Of a stretch of DNA of 64,000 nucleotides, positions 20,845 through 31,538 are shown one piece after another. The position numbers and the translations under genes are program-made. The notes beneath the pieces are model-generated. The model saw only the letters and a list, made by a program, of their open reading frames with translations, did not search any database and was not told the origin of the DNA. Source of the stretch: Patescibacteria group bacterium (lineage in GTDB: Bacteria > Patescibacteriota > Gracilibacteria > UBA4473); assembly GCA_965660445.1 (NCBI GenBank), contig CBFIAK010000002.1:76867-140866 (forward strand). The letters run 5' to 3'. Within the stretch, counting starts at the first letter, position 1; each line of letters opens with the position of its first letter.

Positions 20845-23800
20845 ATGTCGCCTTTTGTGCAGGAGTCTTTTGTGTTGCCTTTTTCTCTTGATCTTACTAT
20901 AGAACGAGATTTTTTGTTGTCCCATAACCATTTAACACTGGTGAATGTTGGCAATATCGGGGCAAAAATGTTTACGTTGCAACAATTGCTCGCATCAACA
21001 TCGTTTCAAAATATGTTCTTTGGGTCATCTGACGAGCAACCAGATCAAGTTGCTTCAGCGAGTAGTGTTTTTTTAAATGCTCATGTGCATGTTGTTCCAG
21101 AGAAAGTTACACTGGGTGATTTTTATACACTTCGTCGGTTATTGTCATCTTCTGAAAAAACATTGTTTGTATTCGAAAATATTCATTCGTTCCTTCAGCA
21201 GTCATTTCCTGTGTCAAAAGTATTGCAAGAGAGCACTTTGTCATTATCTGTTGGAGAAACAAAAAAAGTGTTTGATATATTCGCTCAATTGGAAGATATT
21301 GGATACACGCCTGCACGTTATGATGATGTGCAATCAGGAGAGTTTCTTCGCAAAGGCGATACCTTGCTTGTGTTTCCTCCCAATGAGTCATCTTGTATAA
21401 AAATTGATTTTTTTGGTGATCAAATCGAAACTATAAGCAATACCAAAAACCAATCTTTTCAATCAATCGATTTATTCCCTGCTCATGTTTTGGGGGAGTC
21501 TGTTCCGTTTTTTCAACAAAAAGATCTGTTGAACAGTTCGGTATTTATAAACGATGATTTGGATATCTCATTTTCTTCTCCATTCCCTATTGCACAGGTG
21601 CTTTTTACGACGTTTCCTCAAGAAAAAGAACGGTTTTTTCATTTGAATTTCTTTTCAGTACTTCCGTTTTATACTGTTTTAGACTTTGTTGTTGATATAA
21701 AAGAACGACTTCGTCGAGGATATACAATTGTCATTCTTACAAAACGGTTTGATGAACTTGAACGTCTGTTTCGAGAACATCATATTATGTTTACTTCAAA
21801 TTTAGGAGAAAACTATCCGTCAACGGTACAGCTTATCCCCCATAAAGAAGAATATTTTTTACCGCATTCTTTCCAAAATAATGATAAGTACTTATTGCTT
21901 CTTACTGATCGTGAGATTTTTAAGTTTTCACGATCATCACAACAAAAAAAATCAGTTTCTGGGTTAAATCTTGATATTATGACCAGTTTAAAACCCGGAG
22001 ATGCTGTTGTTCATATGGAACATGGTATTGCCGAGTTTAGAGGTATTGTTCGGCGTGACTTGGGAGAACAGCTTGGTGTTCGTGAGTTTTTAGAGCTGCA
22101 ATATGCGGGAAATGATAAACTCTTTGTACCGGTTGAGTCTGCCGATAGAGTTACAAAATTTATTGGTGATGAGTTACCAAAACTTACTCGGTTGGGAGGT
22201 GTTGATTGGCAAAAAACAAAGACAAAAATTAAAGAAGACGCTATTCGTATTGCAAAAGAGTTGTTGCATTTATATGCAAAACGAAAAATAGAAAAAGGGA
22301 GAAAATTTGTTGAAGACGACGCTATGATGCAAGATTTTTGTGATGGTTTTGCCTACGAACTTACGCCTGGTCAAGCACAATCATGGCAAGATATCCGACT
22401 TGATTTAGAATCATCTCGTCCCATGGATCGTCTTTTGTGTGGTGATGTTGGGTTTGGGAAAACTGAAATGGCGATGCGTGCGGCTTTTAAGGCATTTCGT
22501 TCGGGGGTACAAGCGGTTATTTTAGCTCCTATTACCATTTTAGCAGAACAACACTATCAGAGTTTCTGTACGCGTATTGAAGGGAAAGAATATGGTGTTC
22601 GAGTGGCTCTTTTGTCTCGGTTTCAGTCGCCAAAGGAACAAAAAGATATTCTATCAGATATTGAACATGGGCTTGTTGATATTGTTATTGGTACTCATCG
22701 ACTCCTTTCTGCAGATGTGAAATTTAAGAAACTCGGACTTATCGTTATCGACGAAGAACAACGATTTGGAGTAAAACAAAAAGAACAATTGAAGAAAATG
22801 AGGGCGAGTGTGGATATTCTTACTATGACGGCAACACCTATTCCCCGAACCCTCAATATGGGGTTGAATAAACTGAAAGATATTTCAACTATAACCACCC
22901 CTCCACCAGGGAGATTGCCAGTGATTACTGAGGTAAGAAAATATGGTCCAAACTTAATTCGAGATCGTATTTTGTTTGAGATTGAGCGGAAAGGTCAGAT
23001 TTATTTTTTGCATAATCGAGTTCAAACCATAGAAGCTCAGGCTCAGTATTTAAGAGATTTGGTTCCTGAAGCGAAATTTGTAGTGGCTCATGGGCAGTTA
23101 TCAACTGATCAATTAGAAGAACGAATCCGATTATTTAAAACGGGTGAGTATGATGTGTTGGTCGCTTCGACTATTATTGAAAATGGAATTGATCTTCCGA
23201 ATGCGAATACATTGATTGTGAATGAAGCAGAACGATTTGGGTTGTCTCAATTGTATCAATTAAGAGGACGTGTTGGTCGTCGTCGTACACAATCATATGC
23301 TTATTTCCTCTATCATGGGCAGAAACTTGTACTTGAAGCAAAAAAAAGACTTCGAGCTATTGTGGAAGCTTCAGAACTTGGGTCTGGGTTTCAAATTGCT
23401 ATGCGTGATATGGAAATTCGAGGGGCAGGAGAGGTTTTGGGTGCAAATCAGTCAGGGGCTATGAAAACAGTAGGGGTGTCTCATTTTATGCGTATGCTCC
23501 AAAAAACGGTTGAAGAGATGAAATCAGGTGCTGTTTCGACAGATATTGATTCGCATGAGGAAGAAAATATTACCGTTGAGATCCCGATTTCAGCGTATAT
23601 ACCAGCACACTTTATTCCGAATGTGAATGAAAAAATACAGGTGTATAAAGAAATATCATCAGCAACAACGTATGAACAAGTTGATGAAATTCAAAAAGAT
23701 CTACGAGAAGATTACGGAAACCTTCCATTGGAAGTTGAAAATTTATGTAAAATTATTCGTTTGAAAATATTGTTAAGAGAGGTTCATGTTGTAGGTATTA

Positions 23801-24012
23801 AAGTAAATCGTGTATCTCATACAAAATTAGAGGTTGTATTGCGCCTCGGAACGAAATTTACGCCCGATCAGATTTTTGGGCTTATTCAGCATTCTCCTCG
23901 AAAATGGGTCATTACAGCGAACGCTTTAAAACTTACACTTGATCACTTATCGGTTCATTGGTATAAAGAATTAGTTTCAGATATTGCTTTATTGAAACCA
24001 CCGAAGAAATAA
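20845..24012 (+). CDS. mfd: Transcription-repair coupling factor
   Basis: VVHMEHGI CarD-like domain, DRLLCGDVGFGKTE, DEEQRFGVKQKE, QLRGRVGR, C-terminal TRCF domain. Confidence 0.97.
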   Translation: MSPFVQESFVLPFSLDLTIERDFLLSHNHLTLVNVGNIGAKMFTLQQLLASTSFQNMFFGSSDEQPDQVASASSVFLNAHVHVVPEKVTLGDFYTLRRLLSSSEKTLFVFENIHSFLQQSFPVSKVLQESTLSLSVGETKKVFDIFAQLEDIGYTPARYDDVQSGEFLRKGDTLLVFPPNESSCIKIDFFGDQIETISNTKNQSFQSIDLFPAHVLGESVPFFQQKDLLNSSVFINDDLDISFSSPFPIAQVLFTTFPQEKERFFHLNFFSVLPFYTVLDFVVDIKERLRRGYTIVILTKRFDELERLFREHHIMFTSNLGENYPSTVQLIPHKEEYFLPHSFQNNDKYLLLLTDREIFKFSRSSQQKKSVSGLNLDIMTSLKPGDAVVHMEHGIAEFRGIVRRDLGEQLGVREFLELQYAGNDKLFVPVESADRVTKFIGDELPKLTRLGGVDWQKTKTKIKEDAIRIAKELLHLYAKRKIEKGRKFVEDDAMMQDFCDGFAYELTPGQAQSWQDIRLDLESSRPMDRLLCGDVGFGKTEMAMRAAFKAFRSGVQAVILAPITILAEQHYQSFCTRIEGKEYGVRVALLSRFQSPKEQKDILSDIEHGLVDIVIGTHRLLSADVKFKKLGLIVIDEEQRFGVKQKEQLKKMRASVDILTMTATPIPRTLNMGLNKLKDISTITTPPPGRLPVITEVRKYGPNLIRDRILFEIERKGQIYFLHNRVQTIEAQAQYLRDLVPEAKFVVAHGQLSTDQLEERIRLFKTGEYDVLVASTIIENGIDLPNANTLIVNEAERFGLSQLYQLRGRVGRRRTQSYAYFLYHGQKLVLEAKKRLRAIVEASELGSGFQIAMRDMEIRGAGEVLGANQSGAMKTVGVSHFMRMLQKTVEEMKSGAVSTDIDSHEEENITVEIPISAYIPAHFIPNVNEKIQVYKEISSATTYEQVDEIQKDLREDYGNLPLEVENLCKIIRLKILLREVHVVGIKVNRVSHTKLEVVLRLGTKFTPDQIFGLIQHSPRKWVITANALKLTLDHLSVHWYKELVSDIALLKPPKK

Positions 24013-24125
24013 AATACTGTTTGGCATTATGTTTGGTCTTTTTTCAAGGAGAAATACGGACTTCTTCTTTTATTTTTCTTGAAGACTTATAGAATAAAAA
24101 GGCAATAAAACAGACATCAAAACAC

Positions 24126-25421
24126 ATGAAAGTTCTTATGATTGGATGGGAGTTTCCACCGTTTTTCTCTGGTGGACTTGGTGTAGTCACAAAGAACTTG
24201 GCCGTTTCTCTTGGGAAACGAGACCTTGAGGTGTGTTTTGCGTTACCGTATTATGTGCAAAAAAAAGTGCCTCACACGGCTATTCCCAATGGAGTTGATT
24301 TTGCTCGTTTTGATGACGAAACTATAGAAATTACGCAATCAGTATCAATGCAGTATTTTCATACATCTATTCCTCATGCGTATGTTTCGCCAGAAGATTA
24401 TGAGGAGCATTATCAGCAGGTGTTTTCAAAGCATATGCACCATACACAAGTTCATAAAAACAGTCATGAAGAGGTTCAAAATGTTGTTTATGGGAAAAAT
24501 TTATGGCTCGAGATTGATCGATTTGCTCATCAAATGGAAATGTTTGCTCGTAAGAGGCATTTTGATGTTATTCATGCTCATGACTGGATTACATTTGAAG
24601 CTGGAATTCGTTTAAAGAACGTTTTAAAGGTTCCGTTGTTATTACATGTTCATGCGACGGAAGTGGATAGAACGGGTGGAAATGTAAATATGTCTGTCTA
24701 CGATCGAGAGAAATATGCATTTGAGTTCTGTGATCGTATTATTACGGTGAGTCAGTACACGAAAAATATTCTTAGAGAACATTATGGTATTGATGGAGAT
24801 AAAATTCAAGTTGTTCATAACGCTCATAATATTGAGCAGCCGCCTCATCATGCGTTGCCTCATTGGCTTAAGAAGAAACCAAAGGATGATTTTGTGGTGC
24901 TTTTTATTGGTCGATTAACGTTACAAAAAGGACCTGATTATTTTCTAGAGGTGGCAAAACGGGTATTACAGAAAAATAAACATATTAAATTTGTTATTGC
25001 GGGAACGGGGGATATGTATCATAGATTATTAGAGCATATCGCAACGTTTCGTCTTCATGATTCAGTGTTTCCGTTAGGGTTTATGAATGGTGCAGAGAAA
25101 GATATGGTTTATCGAAATGCAGATGTGTGTTTGATTCCTTCGGTATCTGAACCGTTTGGTTTAATTGCTCTTGAAGCAGTAGAACATGGAGTTCCTGTTA
25201 TTATTAGTACGAATTCAGGAGCACAAGAGGTATTATTTCATTCCTTGAAGTCAGAGTTTTGGAACATTGATTTAATGGCAGAATACGTTTTGGCATTAGC
25301 GCAATATCCAGTACTTCGACGAATACTGGCTGAAGAATCGTATAAAGAAACTCGGCATTTAACATGGGACGCTCAGGCCGAAAAAATTCATGCTATTTAT
25401 CAATCACTTCTTCCTTCTTAA
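24126..25421 (+). CDS. GT4-family glycosyltransferase (alpha-glucan/glycogen synthase-like)
   Basis: GWEFPPFFSGGLG, HAHDW, QKGPDYF, PSVSEPFGLIALEA. Confidence 0.9.
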   Translation: MKVLMIGWEFPPFFSGGLGVVTKNLAVSLGKRDLEVCFALPYYVQKKVPHTAIPNGVDFARFDDETIEITQSVSMQYFHTSIPHAYVSPEDYEEHYQQVFSKHMHHTQVHKNSHEEVQNVVYGKNLWLEIDRFAHQMEMFARKRHFDVIHAHDWITFEAGIRLKNVLKVPLLLHVHATEVDRTGGNVNMSVYDREKYAFEFCDRIITVSQYTKNILREHYGIDGDKIQVVHNAHNIEQPPHHALPHWLKKKPKDDFVVLFIGRLTLQKGPDYFLEVAKRVLQKNKHIKFVIAGTGDMYHRLLEHIATFRLHDSVFPLGFMNGAEKDMVYRNADVCLIPSVSEPFGLIALEAVEHGVPVIISTNSGAQEVLFHSLKSEFWNIDLMAEYVLALAQYPVLRRILAEESYKETRHLTWDAQAEKIHAIYQSLLPS

Positions 25422-25434
25422 CCCTTTATTTTGT

Positions 25435-26739
25435 ATGGCTCAATCTGTTTGTTTTTACTTTCAAGTGCATCAACCTTTTCGACTCAATAAACGTTCATTT
25501 TTTGATGATGATTCGGTGCATGACGTTTTATTTGAAGGAAACGAAGAGTTTCAAAACAGAGCTGTTTTTGAGAAAGTAGCTCAGAAATGTTATTTACCAA
25601 TGACAACATTGCTTTTGGAACTGCTTGATCGATATCCGGAATTTCGGGTATCTTTTTCTCTTTCGGGAGTTTTCTTGGAACAATGTGAAACGTATGGTGA
25701 TATTGGAGATGCTGTGCTGACTCAGTTTCAGGCATTAGCACGAACTGGACAGGTCGAATTTTTAGCAGAAACATACCATCATTCTTTAGCATTTTTGCAT
25801 TCAAAACTTGAGTTTGCAGAACAAATTCAACTTCATAATGAAAAGGTCTATTCTTTGTTAGGAGTGAAACCGCGTATTTTTCGAAACACAGAACTTCTCT
25901 ATAGTAATGAACTAGCAGAATTTATTCGTCATTTAGGGTTTGAAGCAATTTTAGCTGAAGGATGGCATACGGCGTTACCATTTGATAACCCGAATCATGT
26001 TTGGACAGCACAAAAAACAGATATTCATCCCCATGATATTCGTATTGCCCGTCAGTTTGCTCCCGTGAACTTTTTTGGGTTTCGCAAACCTATTGCTTCT
26101 GATATAAAGGTGCTGTCTAAGAATTATGCACTTTCAGATGATATTGCGTTTCGGTTTGGAAACAAAGGATGGGCAGAACACCCACTGACCACAGAAAAAT
26201 TTGCTACGTGGACACTCGATGCTCTTGGAGAAACGGTGAATCTGTTTATGGATTTTGAAACGTTTGGGGAACATCAATGGGAAGATACTGGTATTTTTGA
26301 ATTTTTTCGATATCTACCAAGTGCATTGCTCGATAGAGGGATTACATTTCGTACCCCTTCAGAGACTATTCGTGATTTTGAACCAAAAGGAGTATTTTCT
26401 TCTCATGAGTTTGTTTCATGGGCTGACGAAAACCGTGATATTTCGGCATGGCTTGAAAACGATTTACAACGATCGGCGTTTGATGAAGTGGTGCGATTAG
26501 AAAAAATACTTCATACTCATAAAAACTCACGAATACCAGAAATAAAAAGTATTTTGAATGATTTTAGAAAACTACAAACATCAGACCATTTTTATTATAT
26601 GTCTACAAAGTATTGGGCTGATGGAGATGTTCATACCTATTTCTCTGCTTATAAGTCTCCATATGATGCTTTTATAAACTACATGGTTGTCTTAGATTTA
26701 TTAAAACGACGGATGAAATCTATGAAACTTATTTCTTAA
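25435..26739 (+). CDS. GH57 alpha-amylase
   Basis: YFQVHQP, ETYHHSL, FRNTEL, MDFETFGEHQW, SWADE, QTSDHFYYM. Confidence 0.93.
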   Translation: MAQSVCFYFQVHQPFRLNKRSFFDDDSVHDVLFEGNEEFQNRAVFEKVAQKCYLPMTTLLLELLDRYPEFRVSFSLSGVFLEQCETYGDIGDAVLTQFQALARTGQVEFLAETYHHSLAFLHSKLEFAEQIQLHNEKVYSLLGVKPRIFRNTELLYSNELAEFIRHLGFEAILAEGWHTALPFDNPNHVWTAQKTDIHPHDIRIARQFAPVNFFGFRKPIASDIKVLSKNYALSDDIAFRFGNKGWAEHPLTTEKFATWTLDALGETVNLFMDFETFGEHQWEDTGIFEFFRYLPSALLDRGITFRTPSETIRDFEPKGVFSSHEFVSWADENRDISAWLENDLQRSAFDEVVRLEKILHTHKNSRIPEIKSILNDFRKLQTSDHFYYMSTKYWADGDVHTYFSAYKSPYDAFINYMVVLDLLKRRMKSMKLIS

Positions 26740-26752
26740 TTTTTCTTCCTGA

Positions 26753-28741
26753 ATGCCTCAAGCACTTGTTATTGGAAACGGAAATATGGTGGTCAATTTT
26801 GATGAGTTTTTGCAAATGCAGGATTTTTATTATCCGTATGTTGGGCAAGAAAACCATACGGCGTTTCAAAATCCACATCGTGTGGGAGTGTGGGCATCAG
26901 ATCGGTTTTCTTGGTTGGGGGATCGGTCATGGAATATTGATATTCAGTATCATCATGATACACTTGTGGGTAAGTCTGTTGCTACCCATACGAACCTTTC
27001 GGTGGCATTATTATTTGAAGATTTTGTATACACAACACATGATGTTGTGTTTCGAAAAGTAACGGTTACCAATACTGCCGATTTCGCACGAGAAATAAGA
27101 TTATTTTTTGCGTATGATTTTTATTTGTATGGAGACAAAATGCAAGATACGGCAGAATATGAACCAGAACTCAATGCAGTGATGCATTATCGAAAGAAGC
27201 GGTATTTGCTTGCCAATGGTCAATGGCAACAATCCAAAAAAGGTCTTGATCAGTATTCGGTTGGAAAATCAGCTTATTATGGCAAAGAAGGAACATGGAA
27301 AGATTGCGAAGACGGACATTTACAAGGGAATGCTATAGAGCAAGGTTCTGTTGATTCAGCGATTCGATTCTCAGAATATTTTCAGCCAGGAGAGTCAAAG
27401 GTATTGTATGTATGGGTTGCTGCTGGGAGAGATTATGAAGAAGTCACAAAAAATAATAAACGAGTTTTTGATTTAGGTCCTTCAAAAATATACGATCATA
27501 CATTTTATTATTGGAGAGAATGGGTGAATAAAGAACAGTTTGTATTGCATGGAATTCCTCCTCATATTAAATCTTTATTTTCCCAGAGTTTGTTATTGAT
27601 TCGTTCGCAAATTGATAATCGCGGAGCGATTATTGCTTCGTCAGATTCTGATATTATGAAGTTTAATAAAGATAATTATAACTATATCTGGCCTCGAGAT
27701 GGTGCGTTTGTGTCACAAGCTTTATCACATGCTAATTGTACAGAAGTCGTTCGTAACTTCTTTTTCTTTTGTGAAAACATTATTACTGATGAAGGTTACG
27801 TGTATAGCAAATATACGCCTGATGGTTCACTTGGAACATCATGGCATCCAAAAGTAAAAGATGGAAAAGTACAGTTACCAATACAAGAAGATGAGGCAGC
27901 ATTATTGTTGGTTGCATTAGATACGTATTATAAAAACACAAGAGCGGTTGAAACGATTCAAAAATTATTCAATCCTTTAGTATTAAAAGTTGGTCATTTT
28001 TTGCAGAGTTTTATTGATGAAAAAACAAACCTTCCTTGTGCCAGTTATGATTTATGGGAAGAACAAAGAGGCGTTTTTTCCTATACAACAGCGTGTGTTT
28101 ATGGAGGACTTATGGCTGCTACTCGATTGGCGCGTTACACAGGACATTATGAACACGCTCATCAGTTTGAACACTCCGCACAGGCATTAGAAGAAGCGTT
28201 TCAGAAACATCTTTATTCCTATGAAGACCATCGGTTTTATAAAAAACTTGTGTTTGATGATAATGGAAATATTCTTCAAGAAGATAACACGATTGATGCC
28301 AGTATTTGTATGGTATGGGAGATGGGATTATTGCCCGCGACAGATCCCCGAGTGATATCAACAATGAAAGCTATTGAAACAAAATTATGGGTTCATTCAT
28401 CAGGTGGAATTGCTCGTTATACGGGAGATATGTATCATCGGAATCATTCTTTTCATTATGGAGAAGATATCCCTGGTAATCCATGGCTTATTACCACTCT
28501 ATGGCTTGCAAACTGGAAAATTGCATGTGCTTCTTCTTTGCAAGACCTTGATCAAGCAATGGAACTTATCCAATGGGTATCGGATCAGCAAAATGCGGCA
28601 GGAATCTTACCAGAACAGATTGATCCATTTACAAAAGAACCTTTGTCAGTAGCTCCTTTAACATGGAGTCATTCAACGTTAGTGGATACCATACTTCGGT
28701 TTTCGGAAAAATATAGATTATTGAAATATTTGAAATCATAA
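26753..28741 (+). CDS. GH15 glucoamylase-like glycoside hydrolase
   Basis: YIWPRDGA, IQEDE, YDLWEE, LPEQ, PLTWSH. Confidence 0.93.
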   Translation: MPQALVIGNGNMVVNFDEFLQMQDFYYPYVGQENHTAFQNPHRVGVWASDRFSWLGDRSWNIDIQYHHDTLVGKSVATHTNLSVALLFEDFVYTTHDVVFRKVTVTNTADFAREIRLFFAYDFYLYGDKMQDTAEYEPELNAVMHYRKKRYLLANGQWQQSKKGLDQYSVGKSAYYGKEGTWKDCEDGHLQGNAIEQGSVDSAIRFSEYFQPGESKVLYVWVAAGRDYEEVTKNNKRVFDLGPSKIYDHTFYYWREWVNKEQFVLHGIPPHIKSLFSQSLLLIRSQIDNRGAIIASSDSDIMKFNKDNYNYIWPRDGAFVSQALSHANCTEVVRNFFFFCENIITDEGYVYSKYTPDGSLGTSWHPKVKDGKVQLPIQEDEAALLLVALDTYYKNTRAVETIQKLFNPLVLKVGHFLQSFIDEKTNLPCASYDLWEEQRGVFSYTTACVYGGLMAATRLARYTGHYEHAHQFEHSAQALEEAFQKHLYSYEDHRFYKKLVFDDNGNILQEDNTIDASICMVWEMGLLPATDPRVISTMKAIETKLWVHSSGGIARYTGDMYHRNHSFHYGEDIPGNPWLITTLWLANWKIACASSLQDLDQAMELIQWVSDQQNAAGILPEQIDPFTKEPLSVAPLTWSHSTLVDTILRFSEKYRLLKYLKS

Positions 28742-28745
28742 TCTT

Positions 28746-29645
28746 ATGAGTGATTATAGCACATATGTAGGAATTGATATTGGAGGCACAAAGATTCATG
28801 CTGCTCGGTATACTGATAAGGGGTACTTAGTATCTGATTTTCGAATTGAAACAAAAGGTTCATTTGGAAAAGGCGATGTTATGACTCGTATTCATCATGC
28901 ATTAAATCGTGTGTGTGATGAAAGTGTAGCATCAATCGGTGTTTCTTGGGCAGGATTTGTAGACGGTGATCGTGGTATTGTGACTCATTCGCCTCATATC
29001 GAGGGATTAGAAGGGTTTCCTTTGGTATCGAATATTCAACAAGCATTTCACTTACCCGTCGTTTTAGAGAATGATGCACGATTGTTTACGTTTGCTCATG
29101 TCTCTCAACTCAAGAATAAAAAGAGCACGATTGTTGGAATTCCTATCGGCACGGGGGTTGGTGTAGGGGTATGGGATGGTGATCGGTTTTTAAAAGGGAG
29201 CCAATCTTTTGCAGGAGAATTAGGACATATGGTGCTTAATGAATCTGGACATACATTAGAAGACTTTCTTTCAGGACAATCTTTATCACAGCGTTTTTTT
29301 GATGCTTTTGGAGAAGGAAGTTTGCCAATTATTACGTCTTGGTTGCCAGAACAATATACGGAAATGAGACGTGTATTAAAACCTGTATTTAAAGCTTTTG
29401 CACAGAGTCTATACACAATATGTTTAGCGTATAACCCCGAAAAAATTATTATTGGGGGCAGTGTTGGTATTCACCTTTTGTCTCATTTCGAAGAAGATAT
29501 TCGTTTGTTTTGTTCGGAATACGAAAAAAATATTCCTGTTCATATTTTAGGAGGTCTTCTGTTTTCTGATATCAAGCATCCATCAACATTCGGAGCTGCT
29601 TTGTGGGGACAGTGTTCTAGTGATGAGGACTTTTGCGTCCGGTGA
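28746..29645 (+). CDS. ROK-family sugar kinase (glucokinase-like)
   Basis: GIDIGGTK, LENDA, IGTGVGVG, AGELGH. Confidence 0.92.
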   Translation: MSDYSTYVGIDIGGTKIHAARYTDKGYLVSDFRIETKGSFGKGDVMTRIHHALNRVCDESVASIGVSWAGFVDGDRGIVTHSPHIEGLEGFPLVSNIQQAFHLPVVLENDARLFTFAHVSQLKNKKSTIVGIPIGTGVGVGVWDGDRFLKGSQSFAGELGHMVLNESGHTLEDFLSGQSLSQRFFDAFGEGSLPIITSWLPEQYTEMRRVLKPVFKAFAQSLYTICLAYNPEKIIIGGSVGIHLLSHFEEDIRLFCSEYEKNIPVHILGGLLFSDIKHPSTFGAALWGQCSSDEDFCVR

Positions 29646-30054
29646 TATTCATAGCAACTGATTGAGCACTCAATCCTTTGTAGTTTTTCTTTGTTCCGTA
29701 TTCTTTATCTTTTTCTGTTTTAAGAGTATTGAGTTCTTTAAGCAGACCTCTTGATTTTTGAACAACAGATTCTACCTTATCTCGTATAGCTGCAACATGT
29801 GACTGCAGATGATTATTGTTTTGATGAATGTTTTTTATTTTATACAGACGTCTACTGATTTCGTTTTTACGTTCGTTTACTTGTGCGATATATTCTTGTG
29901 TTTCAAATAATAACCGCTCTTGTTCTATTTTATCGCTCATTGTTTCATTTGGAAACATCTCAAATTCTTTTATTTTTTCTCGGGCTATAAGAACCTCGTC
30001 TTTTAAAAACAAGAGTTCTTCTTCTATACGTTCTCGTCGTTCAATAAAATCCAT
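29617..30054 (-). CDS. Hypothetical coiled-coil protein
   Basis: Charged helical ORF; 3' end overlaps the ROK gene by 29 bp. Confidence 0.55.
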   Translation of the reverse strand: MDFIERRERIEEELLFLKDEVLIAREKIKEFEMFPNETMSDKIEQERLLFETQEYIAQVNERKNEISRRLYKIKNIHQNNNHLQSHVAAIRDKVESVVQKSRGLLKELNTLKTEKDKEYGTKKNYKGLSAQSVAMNITGRKSPHH

Positions 30055-30100
30055 GAATATTTTTTATAGATTTTATTTATAAATATATTTCTTTATAAAG

Positions 30101-30904
30101 TCAATATTCTTTTGGTGGGGTGTTTGATGCTTCAAAAAGATATTGATATTGGCGAAGAGCGGTCATATTGTTTTTCTGTTGATGGCTTTGGCATAAAAGT
30201 TCTATTTTTTTAAGACTTTGTTCATCTGATAGTTGAATCCGTTTTGTATAATTTTCAGATGTTTTTATTCGTGTTTCAAATACTTCTTTTCCAATAATTA
30301 TACCTTTTGCTCCAAGACTACTTGCTAAATCAACACTTATGGGATCGAACTGACTCATCCATACACTCACGTGGGGTTCGAATTTCTGAACCTGACTCTG
30401 AATATCACTTAAGTATTCAAGACGCACATTTTGTTTTTGAGCTTCTTTTATCAATTCCTTACGAGACATTTTTTGTATTGTGCTCTGTGTTGTTTTGAGT
30501 CCTGAAAAAAAAGAAATCATGCTTTGGGGAGAATCCCATTTTACAGACCGAAACGAATGGATATTGTGTTCTTTGAGTCTTATCATTTGCCAAAATCCAC
30601 TTACTTCACCCCATAAAGAGAGATGTGTGTCGATATGTATGGGGTATCGGTCAATATCAATTGCGGAAACGGGTATATGGCTTAAGAGTTGTGCCTCTGA
30701 TGTATGGTCTTTTTGGATACTCACCAGCAGAGGAAGTGATGTTTCTTTTTGAATGTTTTCAATTGTTTTGAGTGGAAGAAACTCTTGTTTTCGAGCATAT
30801 AATGAAAAAAAGAGTCCTTCACATCCCGCTTCCTCTGCGATTTGTGCTTGATGGGCATTTTCAACCTCAACGATAAGTGGAACGAATGGAGTGTCTATAC
30901 TCAT
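30101..30904 (-). CDS. Degenerate PdxS/SNZ-like TIM-barrel protein
   Basis: IVEVENAHQAQIAEEAG, IQKMSRKELIKEAQKQNVRLEYL and LGAKGIIIGKEVF align by eye with PdxS; catalytic lysines absent. Confidence 0.7.
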   Translation of the reverse strand: MSIDTPFVPLIVEVENAHQAQIAEEAGCEGLFFSLYARKQEFLPLKTIENIQKETSLPLLVSIQKDHTSEAQLLSHIPVSAIDIDRYPIHIDTHLSLWGEVSGFWQMIRLKEHNIHSFRSVKWDSPQSMISFFSGLKTTQSTIQKMSRKELIKEAQKQNVRLEYLSDIQSQVQKFEPHVSVWMSQFDPISVDLASSLGAKGIIIGKEVFETRIKTSENYTKRIQLSDEQSLKKIELLCQSHQQKNNMTALRQYQYLFEASNTPPKEY

Positions 30905-31500
30905 TATTGAGTGGTATCAGTGATTTTATCGGAATGTCCTTTTATGGTATCGAAGGTTTTCTCAATAATGTTTTGAGATTGTTCTTCGTTTTGGATTTCT
31001 TGGTTAGTGAATGGTTGATTTTCAATCTTTGATTCAGCTCCATCTGTGGCAGATATATTGATATCAGTAGCCATGTTTTCTTCTTTAACTTCTGTTTCAA
31101 TTGTTTTATCGGGGTTTTTAATGAACTCGTCAGCTCCTTCGTTTTGAAACGATTCGTTTATACGATTATTGGTATCAATTTCATTTCCTCCTGAGCTTTC
31201 GGGATCTTTTCCAAAAACAGAGCTCCATGGATCATCAGGGCTCCCATCTTTAGGAGGAAAGGTATCGATAAATCGTTTCTCAGCAGATGTGTGGGAATCT
31301 TTTTCTTTATGGGCATTGAATCGTTCTTGTCTTTGTTGTGCGTATTCTTCAAGAGACAATTTTTGTTTTTCTTGTTTTTCTTGTGGTTTGTTTTGATATT
31401 CTTTTTCTTCTGGGTTCTGAAACGAATCAGGCATCTTCTCCATCATATTATTTATGTGGCGATTGAAATGAGTCTTGTATTGGAATAATAAAAATTTCAT
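30904..31500 (-). CDS. Hypothetical low-complexity acidic protein
   Basis: ORF preceded by a consensus promoter. Confidence 0.6.
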   Translation of the reverse strand: MKFLLFQYKTHFNRHINNMMEKMPDSFQNPEEKEYQNKPQEKQEKQKLSLEEYAQQRQERFNAHKEKDSHTSAEKRFIDTFPPKDGSPDDPWSSVFGKDPESSGGNEIDTNNRINESFQNEGADEFIKNPDKTIETEVKEENMATDINISATDGAESKIENQPFTNQEIQNEEQSQNIIEKTFDTIKGHSDKITDTTQ

Positions 31501-31506
31501 CCCTGT

Positions 31507-31535
31507 ATTATACCCTTTTTTTTATTTTTTTTCAA
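31507..31535 (-). promoter_or_regulatory. sigma70 promoter predicting a leaderless mRNA
   Basis: TTGAAA-N17-TATAAT-ACAGGG-ATG. Confidence 0.6.
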
Positions 31536-31538
31536 CTT

